29,183 nucleotides of DNA, taken from a virus. Made by a program: the position numbers and the translations under genes. Numbering within the stretch: position 1 is the first letter of the stretch; each line of letters opens with the position of its first letter. A model generated the notes under the pieces. The model was not told the DNA's origin and did not search any database. It worked only from the letters and a program-made list of their open reading frames with translations. Below are positions 21,769 to 29,042 of the stretch, piece after piece. The stretch covers positions 1 through 29,183 of the IMG/VR virus record IMGVR_UViG_3300033182_000875; one strand, written 5' to 3'.

Positions 21769-22165
21769 TTGTTTGTTTTTGGAGTTAATAAATGTTTTGT
21801 TTCCTTTCCTTACCAAAAGATAACAAATCCATTTCATACTGTCAAATTGGAATTGTTGTTTGTTGTTTTTTTGTTGTGTGATGATGTATGTCATCTGTTG
21901 GAGAAAAAGGTGTCGTAAAGAAAACCCCCAAAAAGAACCAACACATTGTTCATTGTACCTCATTTACAACATGGACTATCTGGTGCAACCGGCTCTCTCA
22001 ACGGAAGTTTGGAAGGGATTTGAGACTTACCTTCATTCGGTCTGTATCGTGGTGTATTTCACCTGTTGTTATACGGTCGTCAAGGTGTCGTCACTAAGAC
22101 TGTGTACCCGTAAGCATGAAATAAATATACCCAACAAATCTTTTATGTCAATCCTTTACAAAAAA

Positions 22166-22173
22166 TATTTTTG
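22166..22173 (+). promoter_or_regulatory. Rightward -7 box TATTTTTG for the plus-strand gene pair.
   Basis: It matches TAnnTTTG and lies 54 nt upstream of the ATG at 22227. The -33 region reads TTTTA, so the match is imperfect. Confidence 0.45.
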
Positions 22174-22226
22174 TGGTATACTTATTACAGGAAGGGAAAC
22201 ATAACAAAACAAAACAAAAAAGAATC

Positions 22227-22547
22227 ATGATTGGAAGTTGGAAATTAAATGAAGAGGATGTAAAGGTCATCAAGGACCTTCTCAAATTGGGTATGACCCA
22301 TCAATCCATTGGAGATATGTTCGGTGTATCACGTGAACACATTACGGCAATCAAACAAGGTCGTAGATGGAACACAGACAACCACAGTTTCACAATGAAG
22401 AAATCAAACGATTACCGTCAGTTTACAGACGTTCAAGAGCGTTTGGATGATTATGTATTTGAAGTGGATGAACCAAGGAAGGTGGAAACCATCCTCATCA
22501 AGTATTCAGACGGTACAAAGGATTTATTCAAGTCAGTCAATGGATAA
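22227..22547 (+). CDS. HTH DNA-binding protein; candidate regulator.
   Basis: 106 aa from MIGSWKL. The motif LGMTHQSIGDMFGVSREHITAIKQGRRW is typical of small phage HTH domains. It is one of only two plus-strand genes. Confidence 0.6.
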   Translation: MIGSWKLNEEDVKVIKDLLKLGMTHQSIGDMFGVSREHITAIKQGRRWNTDNHSFTMKKSNDYRQFTDVQERLDDYVFEVDEPRKVETILIKYSDGTKDLFKSVNG

Positions 22548-22881
22548 GACCTGTAACCAATGTGGTGAAACCAAACCATTGGAGTTGTTTGATAAGAACA
22601 ACAAAAACATGATTGATGGTCGTCAAGGTATCTGTAAAGGATGTCGTCATACCAATGACAAAAACAGAAGATGGAGAAATGAAAATATGACACCCATCAA
22701 CGCATCATTGGAGGAATCTTACAAAAAAGATGCGATTGAAATCCTTGAAGCACTCGGATACGATTTCAGTTCAAAGATACCCGTTCACGAGCAGTTCAAC
22801 CAAAGATGGGGAAGACTTATTGATTCCTCCATTGAGAATAACAAATCCCAAGGGCTTGAGGACGGGGATACTCGTCCTTGA
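22540..22881 (+). CDS. Zinc-ribbon (CxxC...CxxC) protein.
   Basis: 113 aa from MDKTCNQCGETKPLELFDKNNKNMIDGRQGICKGCR. It forms an ATGGATAA overlap with the upstream gene. No HNH catalytic motif is visible downstream. Confidence 0.55.
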   Translation: MDKTCNQCGETKPLELFDKNNKNMIDGRQGICKGCRHTNDKNRRWRNENMTPINASLEESYKKDAIEILEALGYDFSSKIPVHEQFNQRWGRLIDSSIENNKSQGLEDGDTRP

Positions 22882-22922
22882 TTTGTTGATAACACTTGGA
22901 GATGAACTCACTCTTTGATTCG

Positions 22923-23090
22923 TTACTCTGAGGTTTTGGAATCGGCATCTTTACGAAGGTATTTCAAAATTCGGATTATGGAGATGATGATGGTCAACAC
23001 CAACAACAATATACGCAGACCTTGTTCAATGTCCATAAAGGACAATGTCAGGACCCCAGCATTGAGGAACAAAAGTTTATCATGTAACAT
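22923..23090 (-). CDS. Holin-like small membrane protein of 55 aa. It is absent from the ORF track.
   Basis: My own translation is MLHDKLLFLNAGVLTLSFMDIEQGLRILLLVLTIIISIIRILKYLRKDADSKTSE. It has two hydrophobic segments, a charged C-terminal tail and a second in-frame Met at codon 19. It is the last gene of the late block, 15 nt after the upstream stop. Confidence 0.5.
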   Translation of the reverse strand: MLHDKLLFLNAGVLTLSFMDIEQGLRILLLVLTIIISIIRILKYLRKDADSKTSE

Positions 23091-23105
23091 TTGTTTTAAC
23101 ACCCC

Positions 23106-23693
23106 TTAATAGTCCTTACAACATTGGTCATCCGTCGGAGAGATGTATCCACCCTTAATCCAACTCGGAGCCAGTCTGCGAGGCATTTGGTTGGTGATGT
23201 GGATACCTGAGAAGTAATTCTCTTTTGAAGGAGGCATTCCGTCCGTTGAACTCCACGAGTAATAAATCGGGAAGTCGTTCGGATTGTTCTTCAAATAGTC
23301 CATCAGGCGTTGGGCGTAAAATTCGTACCTGTCCATAATCATACTTCTCATGTATCTCATGTCAGAAGCAGATACTCCAACACCCTGTTCAGTGTTCCCA
23401 ATTATGATTCCCTTATTTTGTTGACGGGCCCAAATATCAGGTAAGATTTCATAATGGGCACGTTGTATCAAATACGGTTGGATGTAGTCCTGTAACAAAG
23501 TGGTCTCAGGACCTGTCAATGTTGAATTCTCAGCAGCGTCCAAAATGTGGTTGTACATCTTCGTACCCAAAATATTTTGAAGGCCGATATCCGAGGCCAT
23601 CTGAATTCCGCTTAACAATAACGCTTCGTCAACTCCCGCATTGATTGAAGTGAACGATTTGATTTTTGACGCCGATACAAGTAAAACTCCCAT
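23106..23693 (-). CDS. Hypothetical virion protein, possibly a head-tail connector or adaptor.
   Basis: 195 aa with a TAATG overlap to the portal gene. The helical N-terminal half resembles gp6-like adaptors. The assignment is weak. Confidence 0.3.
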   Translation of the reverse strand: MGVLLVSASKIKSFTSINAGVDEALLLSGIQMASDIGLQNILGTKMYNHILDAAENSTLTGPETTLLQDYIQPYLIQRAHYEILPDIWARQQNKGIIIGNTEQGVGVSASDMRYMRSMIMDRYEFYAQRLMDYLKNNPNDFPIYYSWSSTDGMPPSKENYFSGIHITNQMPRRLAPSWIKGGYISPTDDQCCKDY

Positions 23694-24802
23694 TATTCTT
23701 CAATTGTTATATTTCCATCGTCATCAAACAGAGTATTCTGTATGATTTCAATTTGGTTTATCTCTTTGGTTTGGAAGAACAATAACTTTTCAAATTCACG
23801 GATGATTTTGTCCTGAAGTGGTTTTACCACCGTTGACAAGAAGTGAACGTATGAGTCCACCATCTCTGCTCTTCCACCCAATTGACCCTCAGTCTTAATT
23901 CCCAACAACATTGGTGATGAGATTCTGGTGGCGGTCAATAAAGTTTGTTGGACCATATCGTTGAGTTGGATGAACATATCAGCGGACGCATTATTTGTGA
24001 ATGCGTTTACCTCAGGTGCGTGTTCTTTGTCGTCTGAGAAAGTCACCATGAATTTTCCTGCGGCTCCTGTACCTCCATACCCTTCTGAAAGGTGACGGAA
24101 GATTTGTTCTCTCTCCTCCTCACCAGGGATACCGTTGTTCATTGATACAAGAATTCCACTGTTGTATCCATTCTCCAAATTATTCAAATGGAAGTCGTGG
24201 ACAGAAATCTCAATTTCTGCCGCTTGACGACCACTAATCCATTCATTGATTGGATAATAAAATTGTCCAGGTTGATACGACTTGAAGAAGTAGACCTGTG
24301 AGGGGTCATCAGAATTCAAATCAAACGCAGGAAGTTCAACTGGTTTGAACTTACGAATATTGGACCAATCAGGAGAGAAATAATACTCCTTGACTCTGTC
24401 GTCCAAATCTGCCTTACCCGCTCTTATCTTTGAAATGTCCATATGATAGAATTCCGCAATCCCCTCACCGTCTCTCCTCAAAATAGTATTAACCGAAAAA
24501 CCGTTATGAATCACCATATCCATGGTGGCCTTTTTGAAAACATCATACACCGACTCCTGACCATTGACCATCACTCTGTTTCCATCAACTCCGTTGACCA
24601 ACATCCCTTTCCCGATGATACCATCACGAATGGAGTTAAGAGCCGAACGAAGGATTGCCGAGTAATTGTAAAGGTCAATGGAGTGTGACGGCCAGAGGTT
24701 GTCACCACCCCAATATACGTAATCCTTATTATTGATTACCTCCTCAAAAGTTGGGAGTTGTACTGAGTTGAAGTCAAATGCTTTGATGTTTAATTGTTCC
24801 AT
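23693..24802 (-). CDS. Portal protein (PBSX-like family).
   Basis: 369 aa. The N-terminal YVYWGGDNLWPSHSIDLYNYSAILRSALNSIRDGIIGKG and the C-terminal GKFMVTF...SPMLLGIKTEGQLGG patterns are typical of small portal proteins. Confidence 0.65.
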   Translation of the reverse strand: MEQLNIKAFDFNSVQLPTFEEVINNKDYVYWGGDNLWPSHSIDLYNYSAILRSALNSIRDGIIGKGMLVNGVDGNRVMVNGQESVYDVFKKATMDMVIHNGFSVNTILRRDGEGIAEFYHMDISKIRAGKADLDDRVKEYYFSPDWSNIRKFKPVELPAFDLNSDDPSQVYFFKSYQPGQFYYPINEWISGRQAAEIEISVHDFHLNNLENGYNSGILVSMNNGIPGEEEREQIFRHLSEGYGGTGAAGKFMVTFSDDKEHAPEVNAFTNNASADMFIQLNDMVQQTLLTATRISSPMLLGIKTEGQLGGRAEMVDSYVHFLSTVVKPLQDKIIREFEKLLFFQTKEINQIEIIQNTLFDDDGNITIEE

Positions 24803-24809
24803 ATACTGT

Positions 24810-24817
24810 TAAATATA
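24810..24817 (-). promoter_or_regulatory. Weak late-class -7-like box TATATTTA, 7 nt upstream of the portal ATG.
   Basis: The minus strand reads AAATTATATTTAACAGTATAT-ATG in a 37-nt gap. Confidence 0.25.
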
Positions 24818-24839
24818 ATTTTGTTACTTATCTCACGAA

Positions 24840-25949
24840 TTAAGGTGTACTGAAATCAGCGTAGTGTCTAACCGTTATGTTTGTATCAAATACTTCCACT
24901 ACACATAAATCCACTCCGTTGTTTGTAAAGGTAGGATATGAACCACCCTCACAAAGAATAGTATAACCAGTTGCGGTAACACCGGTCACAGCATAAGTTC
25001 CCGTATTATTCACTTTCAATTTGTAAGTTGAACCATTCCTCAAATTGCTTAAAGTTAAATCGGTGTTAGCGTTCATTGAAAGCTCTTGAAAATTACCTAA
25101 GTTAAAATCAAGTGTGAATGTTGAACCTGTTCCGTTGTCGTAGTATCCATTTGATACTTGACCAAATGAGTAAAGGTTGTCCGTATGTAATGTTTGGTCA
25201 TATTGAGTTGTTCTCCCTGACGCCGCAATCATAGCTGAGATGTCATTCTCAATAGTACAAGTCTGTACTGCCGCACCTAACACCTTATACAAGTATCCAC
25301 CCTTAGAAGTTCCGTCAAAAGTGAGACCATTGAAGGCAAGAGCCGCATGGTCATTACCACCATCGTTAGTACAAGTTAGTTGGTATCCACCTGCGGCAAT
25401 AGCATAACGTGGTCCATCCCAACCTCCGCCTTCGACACCGATACCTGACGTTTTGTAACAGTTCGGACCTGTGTAAAAACCTTGAGTCCCCATAAGGGTA
25501 TTGTATTCACCACCATAGATAATACCATTAACGGAATTACTTATCATTTGGTGATTACCACTTGTTGATGTTCCACCCTTAGAGCCGATGATAGTATTGT
25601 ATTGCCCCCCGTTAATAGTTGGTTGGGAACTATCGTTATCTTGCTCTGAACCGATAATGGTATTCATCTGCCCTGAGGTAATGTTAGCACCCCTTGACGA
25701 GATAACTGCCGCATTGTTTATACCACCGATACGGATATGTGTATTAGGTGATGATGACCCACAGGCAATAATAGCGTAGGTCTGGTCTGTTGATGTAATG
25801 GTATATGTCCCACCACTATGGTTTGAGAATAAGGAACCATAAGTCCTCTTGTATGTTGTAGTGTTACCTGAGTTTACGACCGGAATAATTTCATTTAGGT
25901 TCCAGAGCTCGTCTGCTACAGGTAAAGCACTTATCTTAACATCTGCCAT
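24840..25949 (-). CDS. Tail fibre or tail spike protein.
   Basis: 369 aa. The N-terminus MADVKISALPVADELWNLNEIIPVVNSGNTTTYK is the conserved phage fibre anchor motif. Beta-helix-like NTIIGS/YNTIIGS/YNTLMG repeats follow. Confidence 0.7.
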   Translation of the reverse strand: MADVKISALPVADELWNLNEIIPVVNSGNTTTYKRTYGSLFSNHSGGTYTITSTDQTYAIIACGSSSPNTHIRIGGINNAAVISSRGANITSGQMNTIIGSEQDNDSSQPTINGGQYNTIIGSKGGTSTSGNHQMISNSVNGIIYGGEYNTLMGTQGFYTGPNCYKTSGIGVEGGGWDGPRYAIAAGGYQLTCTNDGGNDHAALAFNGLTFDGTSKGGYLYKVLGAAVQTCTIENDISAMIAASGRTTQYDQTLHTDNLYSFGQVSNGYYDNGTGSTFTLDFNLGNFQELSMNANTDLTLSNLRNGSTYKLKVNNTGTYAVTGVTATGYTILCEGGSYPTFTNNGVDLCVVEVFDTNITVRHYADFSTP

Positions 25950-25954
25950 ATTTT

Positions 25955-27415
25955 TTAAGTTTGTTCTGTTCTAATCGGGTCATTACCCTCTGTTGTTATC
26001 GTATCACTTCCCTCGGTCAATAAGTTATATGTTATCACCGCTGACGGAGTTGGTGTTGGCGTTAATGTGCCAGTTACCGTCGGTGTTGGTGTTAATGTGC
26101 CCGTCTGTGTAGGTGTTGGTGTTAATGTACCCGTCGGTGTTATGGACGGAGTAATAGATGGTGTTGGTGTAAAGGTTGGTGTCGGTGTAGGAGTCGGTGT
26201 TGGAGGCACACAAGTATCATAATACGTTAATGTACCGTCTCCGTTAAACTGTGCTACGTATCTTTGTCCTAAACCTCTATTAACTAAGAAGAAGTAAGTG
26301 TTGGTATCCTCATCGCCAGGTCCACATTTTTCAGTAGCATAAGTTATACTACTACCAGAGTTACTTGCCGTCCAGAACTCAGACTCGTCACTTGTATTAA
26401 AGTATAATGTAATATTTTCCGTACCAGCTTCACAGGCGTCTAACTGACTACATCTACATACATCACTGAAAGTTAAGCCACTAATACCACTTAGTCCATA
26501 ACCGTATGTTGTAGGACTATTACCCGATATAGGACCGACGTAAATATTCTTTGGTGTGTTTACATCCTTAGCCCATACCGTGCTACCAGTTGACGTTGTA
26601 CCGTCAAAGTGGTGGTCTATATAGTCGTAAGCCCAGAATATAGGTAAGAACCCTGGTCTGAAGTTGTAGTATGTTGTACCTGATACTTGGTTACCAGCCG
26701 CAGCACTATAATCCCAGTTATACCCTTTACTCAATACATCTGTTTCATCGTAATATACTTTGAATCCAGCCCACGTTGACCCTGTTGTAATCTCCTTGAA
26801 ATAAGTGTCCGTAAACACCTCGTTATACTCGTTACATAGACCTTCACCTGTAAGGGTATAAGAAAGGGTTTCAATAACATCCGTCTGTAAGTCTTTAATA
26901 TATACATCAGGGTAAGCATATTTCCATGTCCATCTTGACGCAGATGAGTTTTGGAAATTAGATTCCATACTTACCATTATACGTTCCTCGTTAATACCTT
27001 CCTCGTAGTAAATAAAGTTAGCATTATTCTCGTTGCTACTAATGTATGCGGTAAACTCGCTCGGTATAGTGTCGTCCTCTACAATGGCTCTACCCTCCTC
27101 TAACTTGTCAAAAGCATAATTAGGGTCAGTGCTATTTTCGTTAAAGGTCTCGTATACCGAATAGTAATGTTGACCCTCGTGTGGGAATCTTACAAAAGGT
27201 ATATCACCTGTGTAACCCTCAGGCTCCTCACCCTCTATGAACACAAACTCGTCGTAACGACTTGTACTTGTACTTACGTTTTTAGGGTAAAACCTCGTCT
27301 TCTCTTTACTGAGTATGTGCTCAAAAGAAAATAAATAAGAAGGGTCAGCAATAGTCTTATGTTGAGAGACCGTTACAACTAATCTGTTCTCCTCGTTACG
27401 TTTTATGTATAACAT
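25955..27415 (-). CDS. Tail-associated protein with a C-terminal Pro/Thr repeat linker and a short terminal TEG-D-I-TE repeat.
   Basis: 486 aa. The C-terminus reads CVPPTPTPTPTPTFTPTPSITPSITP(TGTLTPTPTx)x3 and then AVITYNLLTEGSDTITTEGNDPIRTEQT. Confidence 0.55.
   Translation of the reverse strand: MLYIKRNEENRLVVTVSQHKTIADPSYLFSFEHILSKEKTRFYPKNVSTSTSRYDEFVFIEGEEPEGYTGDIPFVRFPHEGQHYYSVYETFNENSTDPNYAFDKLEEGRAIVEDDTIPSEFTAYISSNENNANFIYYEEGINEERIMVSMESNFQNSSASRWTWKYAYPDVYIKDLQTDVIETLSYTLTGEGLCNEYNEVFTDTYFKEITTGSTWAGFKVYYDETDVLSKGYNWDYSAAAGNQVSGTTYYNFRPGFLPIFWAYDYIDHHFDGTTSTGSTVWAKDVNTPKNIYVGPISGNSPTTYGYGLSGISGLTFSDVCRCSQLDACEAGTENITLYFNTSDESEFWTASNSGSSITYATEKCGPGDEDTNTYFFLVNRGLGQRYVAQFNGDGTLTYYDTCVPPTPTPTPTPTFTPTPSITPSITPTGTLTPTPTQTGTLTPTPTVTGTLTPTPTPSAVITYNLLTEGSDTITTEGNDPIRTEQT
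26052..26141. repeat. Tandem 30-bp repeat, 3 copies, encoding (TGTLTPTPTx)3.
   Basis: The units at 26052-26081, 26082-26111 and 26112-26141 share ggtgttggYgttaatgtRcc. Confidence 0.85.
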
Positions 27416-27440
27416 TAGTAGGGTATTACTTGTTTATTAC

Positions 27441-27764
27441 TTAAAGTGTATTCTCCGTATCACCCGATGGTGAAGGTGCTGGTGTTCCACAAGCAACCCA
27501 GTCAGTAGGTAAAGAGCTGATAACTGCCGCCTCTTGTTCGGGTGTTAAACAATTACTGATTTCGTCCTTAACAATTACATACCAATTCTCCGTTGTTGCC
27601 GTTGGAAAATATCCATCAGCCAGACAGAAAGGGTCAGCCCAGGTGATAGTCCTACCATCTGGTGTAGGGAAACCCATACAATTATTTATCTGTGAAACGA
27701 AGATGCTTGCTTCACTTTCATCTCCAAATTGTAACCAGCCCGTATGTTCTAATTCGTGTGCCAT
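27441..27764 (-). CDS. Hypothetical small virion-module protein with four Cys and a Pro/Ser tail.
   Basis: 107-aa ORF ending in GTPAPSPSGDTENTL. No family recognised. Confidence 0.55.
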   Translation of the reverse strand: MAHELEHTGWLQFGDESEASIFVSQINNCMGFPTPDGRTITWADPFCLADGYFPTATTENWYVIVKDEISNCLTPEQEAAVISSLPTDWVACGTPAPSPSGDTENTL

Positions 27765-27776
27765 ATATCATATTTT

Positions 27777-29036
27777 TTAATAGGTCATAGACCCAAACCA
27801 TTTGTAGTTCATATATCTATTTATTTGTTCTTCCTCTGCCGATGTTAAATCCCTTGAATAGTGTAAACTTTCCCAATACTCACCGAATAACTTGTGGGCT
27901 ACTGATGTTCCACTCACATTACCCTGCGTTCCGATGATAAAATCCCTTACATACCAGTTAAGAGTTGCGGAGTCATAACCAGTTCTTGTAATATCGTTAA
28001 TAAACTGACTACCACCCGCACTTGTATCCCTTCTAATAACATACGCTTGTGGATAGTCTGTAAATGTTGCGTCATATGTGGTTTTACTATCCTCTGAAAA
28101 TGCGTATCCAATACCGAATATTTGTGATACATCATCCCTTCTACATAAGTTTCTCCGGTCAGCAAAAGATGTGCTCCCGTTTGCTGATATCATTCTACCA
28201 ATCTCCCAGTACATACTACGACCATTTGGTTCTCCGTTTCCTTTAACCTTCTGTGTTCCCATAGTAAATGATGTGTGGGCGGTAAATGTAGTAACAGGTG
28301 AAGCCAGACCATCAGATAAAAGGTAGTTGTCTATACCATCAAAAGAAGCCACTTGTAATAAACTTGAAGTATCAGTTGAACCACCCGTCAGCATAAGTGG
28401 TTGGTAAGATGCTGTTGTTTGTGATAAAGTCCAATTACCCGATTTGTCTTCAATACTTTCAATGTAGTTTGTTCCCGTTCTATATGTGATGGTGCTATCA
28501 TCACTAAAATCTATCCATCCAAATAAATCACTAATATCAGATGGACTAAATTCACTTACACTAAATGTTGAACCCGTGGCTGAACCTTCCGTTCCCGTGG
28601 CAACAACAGATACATTGCTACTACCCGTAGAGGTGAAATAACCCTCTGTAAGAGTTGCTCCCGTGTAAGATGATACTTGGGTATCAGTGGTATCATAAAA
28701 GTCCGTCAAAGTCCATACAAATGTTGGAGATGATAGGTTTGTTGATGCCGATAAGATTACATTCTCATATTGAGTAGCCGATGATGGTTGGATACTAACA
28801 TAATATACAATCGGTGATGGAGTAGGCGTTGGTGCTGGTGTAGGTGATACTGGTGGTTCAGGTTGGACCGCCTTAGCAACATAAACCGCACGAATTTCTT
28901 CCTTATCAAGGTCCCAAGAATTCTTGTTGAGTTTCTTCCTCAACGCTTCTTGTCTTTCTTCTTCCGTGGGAACTCTCCTGAATTCTCTGTGTTGAAGTTC
29001 AACTCGGTTCCTTCCTTTCCCCCAATACTTTCTCAT
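27777..29036 (-). CDS. Modular protein: basic N-terminal domain, Pro/Thr linker, Ig/PKD-like segment and a C-terminal LamG (concanavalin A-like lectin) domain.
   Basis: 419 aa. The linker reads PEPPVSPTPAPTPTPSP. LamG-like hallmarks are LFGWIDFSDDS, SGNWTLSQTTASYQP, VASFDGIDNYL and the terminal LTSAEEEQINRYMNYKW. Confidence 0.6.
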   Translation of the reverse strand: MRKYWGKGRNRVELQHREFRRVPTEEERQEALRKKLNKNSWDLDKEEIRAVYVAKAVQPEPPVSPTPAPTPTPSPIVYYVSIQPSSATQYENVILSASTNLSSPTFVWTLTDFYDTTDTQVSSYTGATLTEGYFTSTGSSNVSVVATGTEGSATGSTFSVSEFSPSDISDLFGWIDFSDDSTITYRTGTNYIESIEDKSGNWTLSQTTASYQPLMLTGGSTDTSSLLQVASFDGIDNYLLSDGLASPVTTFTAHTSFTMGTQKVKGNGEPNGRSMYWEIGRMISANGSTSFADRRNLCRRDDVSQIFGIGYAFSEDSKTTYDATFTDYPQAYVIRRDTSAGGSQFINDITRTGYDSATLNWYVRDFIIGTQGNVSGTSVAHKLFGEYWESLHYSRDLTSAEEEQINRYMNYKWFGSMTY

Positions 29037-29042
29037 TTGTTA

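Noticed and set aside
21769-21963. N-terminal extensions of track ORFs: 21475..21963, 18304..18687, 22173..22547, 22447..22881, 20395..20676 and the TTG start at 4032.
   Set aside because: The extensions are low-complexity or overlap promoters, terminators or the preceding gene. Internal ATGs give compact, coupled gene arrangements. I used those shorter coordinates, with reduced confidence on the exact starts.
21965-22115. A possible tRNA in the GC-richer core of the control region. The minus strand contains ...GAGAGAGCCGGTTGCACCA, which resembles an acceptor end with CCA.
   Set aside because: I could not build a cloverleaf. No 5' strand complementary to the putative acceptor arm lies within 70-90 nt. 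No GTTCRANYC-type T-loop with a 5-bp stem is present. The GAAGG/CCTTC hairpin has a 13-nt loop. This should still be checked with tRNAscan-SE or Infernal.
27744-27758. An HExxH zinc-metallopeptidase motif (HELEH) in the 107-aa protein, which could have supplied the missing lysin.
   Set aside because: The motif occupies residues 3-7, with no preceding structure. No downstream third ligand or Met-turn context is visible. HExxH occurs often by chance, so the evidence is insufficient.
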